Positions 11,340 through 20,103 of a stretch of 64,000 nt of DNA are shown here, in pieces. The stretch's first letter is position 1; each line of letters begins with the position of its first letter. The position numbers were made by a program, and so were the translations under genes. The DNA comes from Truepera sp. Its GTDB lineage: Bacteria; Deinococcota; Deinococci; Deinococcales; Trueperaceae. The stretch is taken from assembly GCA_965218435.1 (NCBI GenBank), contig CBDCKW010000009.1:2592001-2656000 (forward strand), written 5' to 3'. The notes under the pieces were generated by a model, which made no database searches, was not told the origin of the DNA, and saw only the letters and a list, made by a program, of their open reading frames with translations.

Positions 11340-12506
11340 CTAACGCGGTTGCAGGTGAGCTGTCGGTGACGTGTCACCGACCGTGCGGACAAACCCCTCG
11401 GCTTCGAGCCGCTCGACAAGTCCGCCGAGTTCGGCGACCTCGAGACCCAACGTACCGGCGGCGACCTCGACGCTGAGGTCGCGGCGAAACTGCTCGAGGG
11501 CGCGTCTGCCGGAGCGCCCGAAGTCACCTTGAAAGCGCATCGAAAGCTCGGTCATCGGGTTGAGCGCGTCGCGTCCACGCAGCGTCAGCCCGTAACGCCG
11601 CCCCTCCCAGCCACTCGGTTCGCCCGGTAACGTCAGACTCGGGACATGCTGACACGCAGCAAACAGGCCGAGCGTAGGGGGTACGAGACCCTCAGGGCGG
11701 AGTTGTAACAAGTAGGGGGTTCCGGCGCGGTAAAAGCGGGCACCGGTGGCGGTCAGCTCGAGGCCGCTAAACCCGTCAGGTCGCCGCTGCTGTGCGGCAA
11801 GATCACTGAGTTGCAACCCTAAAAGCCAACCCAACAGTCCAGCAACAACCGGTTCGGGCAGCGCGTGTAACGTGAGCGCCGCTGACAGCCGCGTCAGCGT
11901 CCGGAGCGCTGCAGCGCCCCTCTGCTGCAGCGCCCCTTCGCCGTAGACTGCGCCCGCAAGCTGTCCGTCCTGAAAGAGGAGTAACCCATAAGGCGCACCC
12001 TCGGCGTCACCGGTCGTTAAGACGACCGCGCCGCCAAAGGCGTCGGCGCTCAGCCGTGCGACCAGCTCACGCAAACCGGTCTCAGCTGTACTCAGAAGGG
12101 TTCGCTCGGTGAGTGCGGGCAACGCCCAAAGCGGTCCCAAAACGGGGTAACGGCCGGGGAGAGCCGGAACAGAGGGGTCTGCGAGGTTTACAACAGGGCC
12201 GGGTGAGGCAGGCGGCCACAAGCTGAACGTTGCGCCAAGTTGGGCAAAGTCGAAAGCCGCGCCGCCTCCTCCGAACTCGGTTTTGACCTGCGGCTCGCCG
12301 CGCCCTAAGTTCAGCAGTACGCTGCTGTCATGACCCACACGGTTGCTGCCGTTACCATCTGCAAGGCTCAGATAGAGCGTGCCCGAAACTTGTTGTGCGC
12401 TCAGCACCGCTAAGAACGCCTGGGCGCTGATGCCTAACGTGCCCCTGGTCGGCGGGGCCGGTTTCGCGTCCGGGACGACAGAAATCCGCGTCACGGCTGC
12501 GCCCAA
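11340..12506 (-). CDS. Hypothetical protein with DUF4388/PATAN-like domains and C-terminal winged helix
   Basis: L..L...SG.L.L pattern occurs twice; C-terminal HTH-like VEVAAGTLGLEVAELGGLVERLEAEGFV. Confidence 0.5.
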   Translation of the reverse strand: MGAAVTRISVVPDAKPAPPTRGTLGISAQAFLAVLSAQQVSGTLYLSLADGNGSNRVGHDSSVLLNLGRGEPQVKTEFGGGGAAFDFAQLGATFSLWPPASPGPVVNLADPSVPALPGRYPVLGPLWALPALTERTLLSTAETGLRELVARLSADAFGGAVVLTTGDAEGAPYGLLLFQDGQLAGAVYGEGALQQRGAAALRTLTRLSAALTLHALPEPVVAGLLGWLLGLQLSDLAAQQRRPDGFSGLELTATGARFYRAGTPYLLQLRPEGLVPPTLGLFAACQHVPSLTLPGEPSGWEGRRYGLTLRGRDALNPMTELSMRFQGDFGRSGRRALEQFRRDLSVEVAAGTLGLEVAELGGLVERLEAEGFVRTVGDTSPTAHLQPR

Positions 12507-12946
12507 GCCGACGTTCCAAAATGGGTGAGCATCGCGGCTAGCAGCTGCCTGTCCTCAGCGAAGCTGAGCCGAAGCCGCGCCTCTTCAGGGGCAAAAAACC
12601 CGCCCTCAGGGAAGAGGAACTCGCGCAGTACCGGCTGCTCGGCCTCGCTTAACAGTAGAAACCAGGTGATCACGCGCGCCACACCACGGACGTTCTGGTA
12701 ACGCGTCGTTTCAGTTAGCGCCGGGTCGGGGCAGTACGCCCGTACGCCCGCCTCCTCCTCGACCTCGCGGACGGCGGCCCCCAGCGCGTCCTCGCCGGGG
12801 TCGATATGACCTTTGGGAAAAACCCAGGTTCCCTCGAGGTGACGCAAGAGTAACACCTTCCCGTCGGCGCGAAAAACGACGCCCCCGGCTCCCTCAACTT
12901 TAGCGGCGTGCGTGCTGTGTGTGTGTTGTGGTACGTCTTGTGGCAT
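12491..12946 (-). CDS. Nudix hydrolase (Ap4A hydrolase-like)
   Basis: Nudix box GHIDPGEDALGAAVREVEEEAG. Confidence 0.9.
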   Translation of the reverse strand: MPQDVPQHTHSTHAAKVEGAGGVVFRADGKVLLLRHLEGTWVFPKGHIDPGEDALGAAVREVEEEAGVRAYCPDPALTETTRYQNVRGVARVITWFLLLSEAEQPVLREFLFPEGGFFAPEEARLRLSFAEDRQLLAAMLTHFGTSAWAQP

Positions 12947-13144
12947 CCAGGCCCCTTACGCCGCTATGCTACCATCTCACCCGGTTTACCTCACAGGTAC
13001 TTTATTTGCAGGTACTTCAGCTTGTCGTAACCAAGTAGCGTTGGCTAGAGCATTTCCGAGAGTAACTTACACCCGGGTTTCGCCTCTTAAAATCAGCTCG
13101 GAAAAATTCAGCATACAGAATGTAAAAGTCGGTAGCCTGACAGC

Positions 13145-14869
13145 CTAATTTTTAGGTGGCTCGAGCGCAGCCAGCGCACCGCCCTGCGCTAAAAAGGCTT
13201 CGATCCCGTCCGCCAGCGCCTCAGCGAGTGTGTCTTGATAGCTCGCTTCGGCGAGCTTGGGACCTTCGTCGGCGCTGTCAACGAACCCGAGCTCGACGAG
13301 CACCGCGGGGACGCGGGCGTTACGGATGACCACAAAATAGTTTTTCTTGACCCCACGGTCCGCGCTACCGGTAGCGTTTAACAAGTCTTGTTGTACGTTG
13401 TCGGCGAGGACGGTGCTGTATCTCAGGTTTTCTTCACGTAATAAGTCACCGTCAATACTCGCCGCCGTTTCTTGCGCCCGTGCGGTGCGGGTACGGCCGA
13501 CCTCGCCGCCGCCGTTCTCGAGTACCGCTAAGTCAATCAAGGAATCGTCTTGCTGTTCGCCGAACACCCAAGTTTCGATGCCTTCAGCGTCGCCGCGCCC
13601 GGTCGCGTTGGCGTGCAAAGAGACGAACAGGTTGTCTTTGGACGGCACCGCAAAGGCGGCGCGGTCTTCTAAGGAAACAAAGGTGTCGTCGTCGCGGGTC
13701 ATCTCGACGTTGATACCGCGCGCCTCGAGCTTGTCGCGTAGTAGCAGCCCGACGCTCAACACGACGTCTTTTTCCATCACATAGCCACTCGAGGTCCCCG
13801 GGTCTTTGCCGCCGTGCCCCGGGTCGATCACCACGGTTTTTTGGACGCTTTGTGGGCGCTGCACAGCGGCGAGCTTGCGTTTAGAAAGGTCGGCGAGCTC
13901 AGCGACCTTTTCCCCTTGCAACTCCGGCGCAAAGTTGACGTAAAACGTTTGACTACCATCTTCGTGCTCTAAGACACCCGTCTGAAACCCTTGGGTCGTG
14001 GTGAGCGGATAACCCGTTCCGGCAATCAGCGCCAACATGCCTCCCTGCGCGGCGCTCCCCCCGACCGTACGGTAACCCAAGCTGACGAGCTGCGCTCCGT
14101 TCGGCGTGACTTCATAGGGTTCAGCCTTTGCTCCCTCGAAGAGCACGATAAAATTGTCACCGTCAACTGCGAGCTGATAACTTACACCCGCCGGAATATC
14201 AACCGCGACGCGGGTGTAGCCCCCTTCATGAGCAGCGTAACGGGGGTCGGCAAGTTCAGTCAGGGTATCGCTCGGTGCGGCTTCGGCTCCAGCTTCGGTA
14301 GGCACCGGCTCAGTAGGTACCGGCCCCATAGGTATTGACTCAGTAGGCTCAGCCGAAACTTCAGGCGAAGGGTTTTGAAAATCTACGAGCGCGAGCCGCG
14401 CCGGACCGTTCCAAGAGACCGAGCCGCCGAACGCCGCGACGATTTCAGCGAGCGGCAAGTAGCTGCTGCCGGCTAAAATTGCGCTGCGCCCTGTTTCGGC
14501 CTCTCCACCAACAGTAAGAACGTCAGGGCGTTTTGAAAGTGCGGCGTCTACGTCGTCGGTTGCGAGTAATAGGGCACTCCGGTCACCTTTAACAAACCGC
14601 AGCTGTCCGGTATCAGGTAGGTAGGCGGACTCCAACCCGAGCGCCGCCGTCACCAAGTCGGTCCGGACATAGGCGTTCTCGAGCCCCTCAGCAGCGCCGA
14701 AGTAGCACGCGGTCGCCGCACCGTCCCCCAATATCGCGCCGTTAACGGCGACAAAATCGCTGCACCGCTGCGCGGTCGCGTTCTGCAAGCTCAGCATAGC
14801 GGTAGCTGCAAGTAAGCTGAGTAAAAGACGCCAACGAGTAGAGTGAGTCACAACGTCAAAGTTTAACAC
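13145..14869 (-). CDS. N-acetylmuramoyl-L-alanine amidase (Amidase_3) with signal peptide
   Basis: IDPGHGGKDPG, EKDV, SLHAN, LVELGF catalytic/Zn motifs intact. Confidence 0.9.
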   Translation of the reverse strand: MLNFDVVTHSTRWRLLLSLLAATAMLSLQNATAQRCSDFVAVNGAILGDGAATACYFGAAEGLENAYVRTDLVTAALGLESAYLPDTGQLRFVKGDRSALLLATDDVDAALSKRPDVLTVGGEAETGRSAILAGSSYLPLAEIVAAFGGSVSWNGPARLALVDFQNPSPEVSAEPTESIPMGPVPTEPVPTEAGAEAAPSDTLTELADPRYAAHEGGYTRVAVDIPAGVSYQLAVDGDNFIVLFEGAKAEPYEVTPNGAQLVSLGYRTVGGSAAQGGMLALIAGTGYPLTTTQGFQTGVLEHEDGSQTFYVNFAPELQGEKVAELADLSKRKLAAVQRPQSVQKTVVIDPGHGGKDPGTSSGYVMEKDVVLSVGLLLRDKLEARGINVEMTRDDDTFVSLEDRAAFAVPSKDNLFVSLHANATGRGDAEGIETWVFGEQQDDSLIDLAVLENGGGEVGRTRTARAQETAASIDGDLLREENLRYSTVLADNVQQDLLNATGSADRGVKKNYFVVIRNARVPAVLVELGFVDSADEGPKLAEASYQDTLAEALADGIEAFLAQGGALAALEPPKN

Positions 14870-15417
14870 GCTTTTACAGGGTCGCGTATAACGGTAGAGC
14901 TAAAAAGATAGCGCCCCGTTGTAGTGGCGGGTAAAAAGTCAGCTTGCCCGGCAACAAAGCTGAATGAGCGACGTTTAGCGTGCGAGGTGTCTTTCGCCGA
15001 ACATGCAAACCGCCTCAGAACGACCGCGTGGCTCGAGCCTTACCGTAAAGCCTTGGGAGCACCTGGTAGTTCACCCAAATCTATTGCCGGATAGCTATAA
15101 AGCACTCGTGCCAGCCAAAAGGTTCACTCGAGCCTATTTAACAAGGCTTGTTTGTCGGAGTATGAGGGTACGTTGATGTTTGCTCTTGTTACCGTGCTTC
15201 GAATACGTGAGAAACGCCGGTTTTGTTGTTTAGCTACTGCCTCTTTACCCCTTAACTGCTCCGTTCTTACTTCTCTTGTACTCTACTCTTGTACTCTACG
15301 CTGCGAACGACGCTCGCCGAGCTCAGAAAGTCAACCGAACCCGGCTGTATGGACTCGAGAAGCTACGTGCTAGAAACTGTGAAAAACATCACACCACAAT
15401 ACCGCTAGACTCGGCCC

Positions 15418-15921
15418 ATGAAACTGACCAAAAAGCTCAGCCGACTGAGCGCGTCAGCTTATGGGCTTGTGTTTAACCCGGATGTGCTCGCACAGCTCGG
15501 CGTCAAAGCGGTAAACGCCCCCGGGGAGGTCGAGGTTACCCTGACGTTTTACGGCGATACGCTTGTCGTGCGGCGCGCTGACGCCGAGCCGCCTACCCCG
15601 GCTGAAGTTGCTTACTTTTTAACCGATGACCTCGGGCTCGCCAAGCACTTTCCTACCCGTCAAGTAGCCGAGGTTGATGAAGTCCAGCTGGCTATCGAGA
15701 CATTTATCAAACCGGGGGCGAGACTTCGGTTGACCCCGATGATGCGTTACGGTTTTGGTTTGTTCAAAGCCTTTGGAGAATTGTCTCGAGACGACCTGAT
15801 TAAACGCTTCGGCGTAGCCCCGGCCCAAGCGACGCGTATCCTTAGCGCCGGTTTCGAAGATCACGCCCTACTCAAGCGCGGCAACCGTTACCGGCTAAAC
15901 CCTGAGGTATTCGACGTCTGA
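15418..15921 (+). CDS. Hypothetical DNA-binding protein (AbrB/MazE-like N-terminus plus winged-helix C-terminus)
   Basis: KKLSRLSASAYGLVFNPDVLAQLGV...EVTLTFYGDTLVVR; C-terminal LSRDDLIKRFGVAPAQATRIL...RGNRYRL; TAGACT 6 nt before ATG. Confidence 0.55.
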   Translation: MKLTKKLSRLSASAYGLVFNPDVLAQLGVKAVNAPGEVEVTLTFYGDTLVVRRADAEPPTPAEVAYFLTDDLGLAKHFPTRQVAEVDEVQLAIETFIKPGARLRLTPMMRYGFGLFKAFGELSRDDLIKRFGVAPAQATRILSAGFEDHALLKRGNRYRLNPEVFDV

Positions 15922-16442
15922 GCAGCTTGGGCGGAGTTGGTTGGCTACACCAGCTTACCTCGAGCTCGGGCTACCGTAAACGCAGAAGTGTCTCTTCGGG
16001 CGTTGTCAAAAACAGTAAGTGCGAAAGGCAAGTACGAACTTACTCGAGCTGCTTTGCTCGCACGTCCGTCTAAAAAGTGCTTACCGGAGCTTTTAAGCCG
16101 ACCTCAAAGCCTCTCAAAATGTTTTGGCCGAGCTAGGCGAGTAAGCTGGGACGCTCTAACAGGGCTTACGCATATGGACTACAGCGAAGTTTTCACGGCC
16201 CTACTACCTTCACATCAAAAGTCATTTATTTTAGTTTTGCTCTCTGCAAGCGTCCTCAACGCGAGTAATACAAGAGCTACACCGAGGTCGGCAATACTAT
16301 CTAAGGCAGTGAGTCACCCCAGTTTGTAAAATCGTTTCACATGCGTAAGCCCTGGGACGCTCTAAGTCTAGGAAATCACTCTTGAGATAGGTTCTAGTAT
16401 GCTTGAGATCATGACGGTGACCTTGGTAGCGGTAACGGACTC

Positions 16443-17741
16443 GTGACGGTCATTTTGCGCGCCCGCATCTTTCATACACCGCAAAATCCGTTTGCGGTCG
16501 AGGGCGCTTTAGAAACCGTCGAGGGTGCGCTCGCGCTCTCAAACGGGCGTGTCGGCGCGCTCGGGAGTTTGAGCAAAGTGCAAGCTCAGTTCCCCGACGC
16601 GCCCGTCTTAGGTGACGGACAAGACTATATTCTGCCGGGCTTTGTTGATACCCACGTGCATTACCCACAGGTCAGCGTGATCGGAACGATGGGGGTCACG
16701 CTGCTCGAGTGGCTGAAGACGCGTACCCTGCCCGAAGAGGTGCGCCTCAGCGACAGTATTTACGCGCAGAGGGTCGCCGAAACGTTTTTGCGTGGCCTCG
16801 CCCGTAACGGCACGACGACGGCGCTCGTTTTCGGTGCCCACCAACCGGCCGCGCAAGACGCTTTTTTTAGCGCAGCCGACGCCTCGGGTTTACGGATTAC
16901 CAGCGGACTCGTGCTGGGTGATAGGTTGTTGCGGCCGGAACTCGAGGCCGACGCCGAAACCTGTTTCGCCGAGAGCGAAACCCTGCTAAACCGGTGGCAC
17001 CGTCACGGCAACGTGCGTTACGCCGTGACGCCGCGCTTTGCCCTGTCTTGTAGCGAGGGAGTGTTGGAGGCCGCAGGCGCACTTTTACAGGCGCAGCCGG
17101 ATGTTTGGCTACAAACTCACCTCAACGAGTCGCCTGCCGAAATCGCGCAAGTGGCCGAGCTGTTTCCGTGGGCGGGCGATTACTTAGAGACCTACGAACG
17201 GTTTGGTCTCGTCACGCCGCGTTCGGTGTTCGCCCATAACGTTCACGTTTCAGACAGCGAACTTGCCCGCTTGGGCGCGGCGCGGGCGTGCGTCGCACAC
17301 TGCCCGAGCAGCAATATGTTTATCGGGAGTGGCCTGTTCGACCTGCGGCGGCATCTAGCGCACGGCGTCCGTTTGGCGCTCGGGAGCGACGTCGGCGGCG
17401 GCACCGGTTTCAGCCTTTTTAAGGAAGGCTTGATGAGCTATCAAGGCCAGATGCTGCACCCGGACGGCTTTCCTCTCGGCCCCAAGCACCTGCTTTATTT
17501 AGCAACGCGGGCCGGGGCGCTGGCGCTGGGCTTAGGCGAAGTAGGCGACCTAAGCGTCGGCAACCAGGCCGACTTCAGCCTCGTCCGCCCCCCCGCCGGG
17601 AGCACCTTGGCCGACGTACTGGCGCAGAGCCCTTCGGCAGAGGCGAGTTTGGGCGCACTTTTTACGCTGGCCAGGGAGGAGTCAGTCAGGGAAGTTTTCG
17701 TCGCCGGGGAGCCGCTCTTTACGCGTCTAGGGCTGGCCTGA
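16443..17741 (+). CDS. guaD: Guanine deaminase
   Basis: PGFVDTHVHYPQ, VTPRFALSCS, QTHLNE, HCPSSN, LGSDVGGG. Confidence 0.92.
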   Translation: MTVILRARIFHTPQNPFAVEGALETVEGALALSNGRVGALGSLSKVQAQFPDAPVLGDGQDYILPGFVDTHVHYPQVSVIGTMGVTLLEWLKTRTLPEEVRLSDSIYAQRVAETFLRGLARNGTTTALVFGAHQPAAQDAFFSAADASGLRITSGLVLGDRLLRPELEADAETCFAESETLLNRWHRHGNVRYAVTPRFALSCSEGVLEAAGALLQAQPDVWLQTHLNESPAEIAQVAELFPWAGDYLETYERFGLVTPRSVFAHNVHVSDSELARLGAARACVAHCPSSNMFIGSGLFDLRRHLAHGVRLALGSDVGGGTGFSLFKEGLMSYQGQMLHPDGFPLGPKHLLYLATRAGALALGLGEVGDLSVGNQADFSLVRPPAGSTLADVLAQSPSAEASLGALFTLAREESVREVFVAGEPLFTRLGLA

Positions 17742-17813
17742 GCCTTTGATACCTGAGCCTTACGCTGAAGGTGAAAGTTGCGGCGGGGCGTCTCGAGCCG
17801 TCTCAGAAGAGGA

Positions 17814-18059
17814 TTAACCGAGGAGCGTCTCATCAACGACAGGAACCGCCAGCGCACCCCGCGCCGCCCGGTCACTCAGGGCTCCGCGAAAACGGGCCTC
17901 ACCGACCAAGCAGTTGGCACCGGCCTCGAGCTTAGCCTTAAGCGCCTTGATTTCAGCATTTTGACCGCTCCGCATACGGGTATAACCGTACATTAAAAGC
18001 GCCCCTACCAAAAACGTGACGAGCAGTTGCCATAATGTCACCCACCCTCCATAACGCAC
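17814..18059 (-). CDS. Small single-TM hypothetical protein
   Basis: Hydrophobic LWQLLVTFLVGALLMYG followed by a short coiled coil. Confidence 0.4.
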   Translation of the reverse strand: MRYGGWVTLWQLLVTFLVGALLMYGYTRMRSGQNAEIKALKAKLEAGANCLVGEARFRGALSDRAARGALAVPVVDETLLG

Positions 18060-18217
18060 TCACTTAAGCTTCTGTCAGCATTTACAGAGAGCAGGGCATC
18101 ATCACTCTTGAAGTCTGCCTCGGACTAAAAATCATGGTTAAAATTCTTTGCGAGCCTGAAGTTTTGCCGGAACGTGACGCAAAAACGGCCTCTCTAAAAC
18201 GACTTTAGGCAACCACT

Positions 18218-19237
18218 TTATACAGGCACGCTCAGTGCAAAACGCTCCCGCCAAGCCGTCACCTGTTCTACGGTCGTATTGCCGCCACACATCACGCTGA
18301 CAACCCGGCGGCCGGCAAGCTCAGGAATCAGCCCGTCTGCCAGAGCTGCCAGCGTACAACTTGCAGCAGGTTCGACGAGGAGTTTTTCGCGGTTGAGGGT
18401 AAACAGCAGTTCGGCAACGGCGCGCGCGTCGGAAACCGTAACAATGCGCTCGACCCCAGCCTGGACAATGGCAAAAGGGCGGGCGCTGCTGCGCCGGGTA
18501 CCGAGGCTTTCGGCAACCGACGTAAACTTCGGCAACGTGACGAGTTCACCTCGCGCCAGCGACTGCGCCAGACAATCCGCCCCGAGCGTCTCGACGCCGA
18601 CGACGCGCACGTCCGGGCGGAGGTGCCGCACCGCCGAGGCGATACCGGAGATGAGACCGCCGCCACCGACTGAGCAGACGATAACGTCGGTGTCAGGGGC
18701 CTGCTCGAGAATCTCGAGTGCAATGGTTCCCTGGCCCGCCATCACCTGTGGGTCGTCAAACGGGCTCAGGTACGTGTAGCCGTGCGCCCGTTTGAGCGCG
18801 TGCGCCAGCGCGTCAGCGGCGTTCCAGTCGTCGCCGTGGACGAAAACCTCACCGCCGAGTTCACGAATCGTCGCAATCCGGAGTTCGGGCGTCGTAGTCG
18901 GGAGGGCGATGACGGCGCGGACCCCGAGGAGCCGCGCGGCGTAGGCGAGCCCGAGGCCGTGGTTGCCGCCCGAAGCCGTCACGACGCCGACCGCCAGGGC
19001 TTGTTTAGGCATCGTCAAGAGCGCGTTCAGTGCGCCGCGCACCTTAAAGGCGTGCGTGGGTTGGAGGAGCTCGAGCTTTAAGCTCAGCTCACACCCGAGC
19101 CGCGCCCGGTACGCCTCGGCGGGTACCAGCGGCGTCGGCTTTAAGTAGGGCTGCAACCGGGTCCGGGCGGCCTGCAGCTCCGCGAGCGGGATGTAAGGCG
19201 GCGTCGGGGTAGGAGCGGCGGTATGCACGGTATTCAT
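18218..19237 (-). CDS. Threonine/serine dehydratase (PLP, fold type II)
   Basis: AFKVRGA PLP lysine, SGGNHG, VGGGGLISG. Confidence 0.88.
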   Translation of the reverse strand: MNTVHTAAPTPTPPYIPLAELQAARTRLQPYLKPTPLVPAEAYRARLGCELSLKLELLQPTHAFKVRGALNALLTMPKQALAVGVVTASGGNHGLGLAYAARLLGVRAVIALPTTTPELRIATIRELGGEVFVHGDDWNAADALAHALKRAHGYTYLSPFDDPQVMAGQGTIALEILEQAPDTDVIVCSVGGGGLISGIASAVRHLRPDVRVVGVETLGADCLAQSLARGELVTLPKFTSVAESLGTRRSSARPFAIVQAGVERIVTVSDARAVAELLFTLNREKLLVEPAASCTLAALADGLIPELAGRRVVSVMCGGNTTVEQVTAWRERFALSVPV

Positions 19238-19329
19238 GTTTTATCACAAAACTCAGGGCGCGGCTGTCGTCAGCTTTTAGCCACAGCCATGACTCTCTGA
19301 CAAGCGGCGTAAGAACGGTAAAGTGGGGC

Positions 19330-20103
19330 GTGTCCGACCCGTTCGCCCACAAAACGTACTTACACCTGGCTGACGACCCGGCGTTACCCGTTCAATTCTC
19401 AACCGGCAAAAGGCTGCGGGCGCTGCAAGTGCAGAGCTTTTTGAAGACCTTGAGCGAGGCGGCGGCGGCAAAAACCCCGTCTGAAACAGCGGCGTGCAGC
19501 CTTAACCTAGCCGTGCTGAGCAGCGCCGATTGGCGGCGTTTATTGTCAGCGCCGTACGGCTGGGGTGTCGCGCGGCGCTCTGAGGGCGTGGTCAGCTTGG
19601 CGCTCCCAGCAGCGTATCCGCCGCGGCTTATCGCCCGGTGGGACGCTGTAAGGCTACGGGCAGGACAGCAGGGGGTGCGTGCGCCGGGGAGTGTCGGCGC
19701 GTATATCGACGCACTCTTAGGGCTCGAGTGGGCGCACGCGCTGCTCCTCACCCGGCAGCAGGGCCGTGCGACGCGCCCCTGGCTCCGCGAGGTGGCAGCG
19801 GCGCACCTCTATCAAGCTGCGCTCGTTCAACTGGGAGATGTGCAGCGGCTCGAGTACCTCGACATGTGGGCGCGGCTGCAGCAAGCAGGGGCCGTACCCG
19901 AAATCCAAGCAAGCAGTCCCGAAGCATTTAGCTATCCGCGAGCCAAGCAGCCCTTTGAGGCGCTGCTCTGGGCGCAGAGTGCGTTGTGGCTACGGGCCGC
20001 GCAGCTGGGCGAAGCGTACCACTGGACACTTACGGCGGCGGAAGTCCGGGACCAACTGCGAGCTGAGGCTAGGGCTGCGTTTACCCGTCCCCTGACAGAG
20101 TAG
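19330..20103 (+). CDS. Hypothetical protein
   Basis: 257-aa ORF filling the gap between flanking genes; no family recognised. Confidence 0.6.
   Translation: MSDPFAHKTYLHLADDPALPVQFSTGKRLRALQVQSFLKTLSEAAAAKTPSETAACSLNLAVLSSADWRRLLSAPYGWGVARRSEGVVSLALPAAYPPRLIARWDAVRLRAGQQGVRAPGSVGAYIDALLGLEWAHALLLTRQQGRATRPWLREVAAAHLYQAALVQLGDVQRLEYLDMWARLQQAGAVPEIQASSPEAFSYPRAKQPFEALLWAQSALWLRAAQLGEAYHWTLTAAEVRDQLRAEARAAFTRPLTE

Noticed and set aside
15937..16329. 130-aa ORF downstream of the AbrB-like gene
   Set aside because: TTG start, atypical composition and no motifs; treated as non-coding.
16330..16410. Purine riboswitch upstream of guaD
   Set aside because: Conserved purine aptamer core not visible; a -10 box close to the gene fits better.
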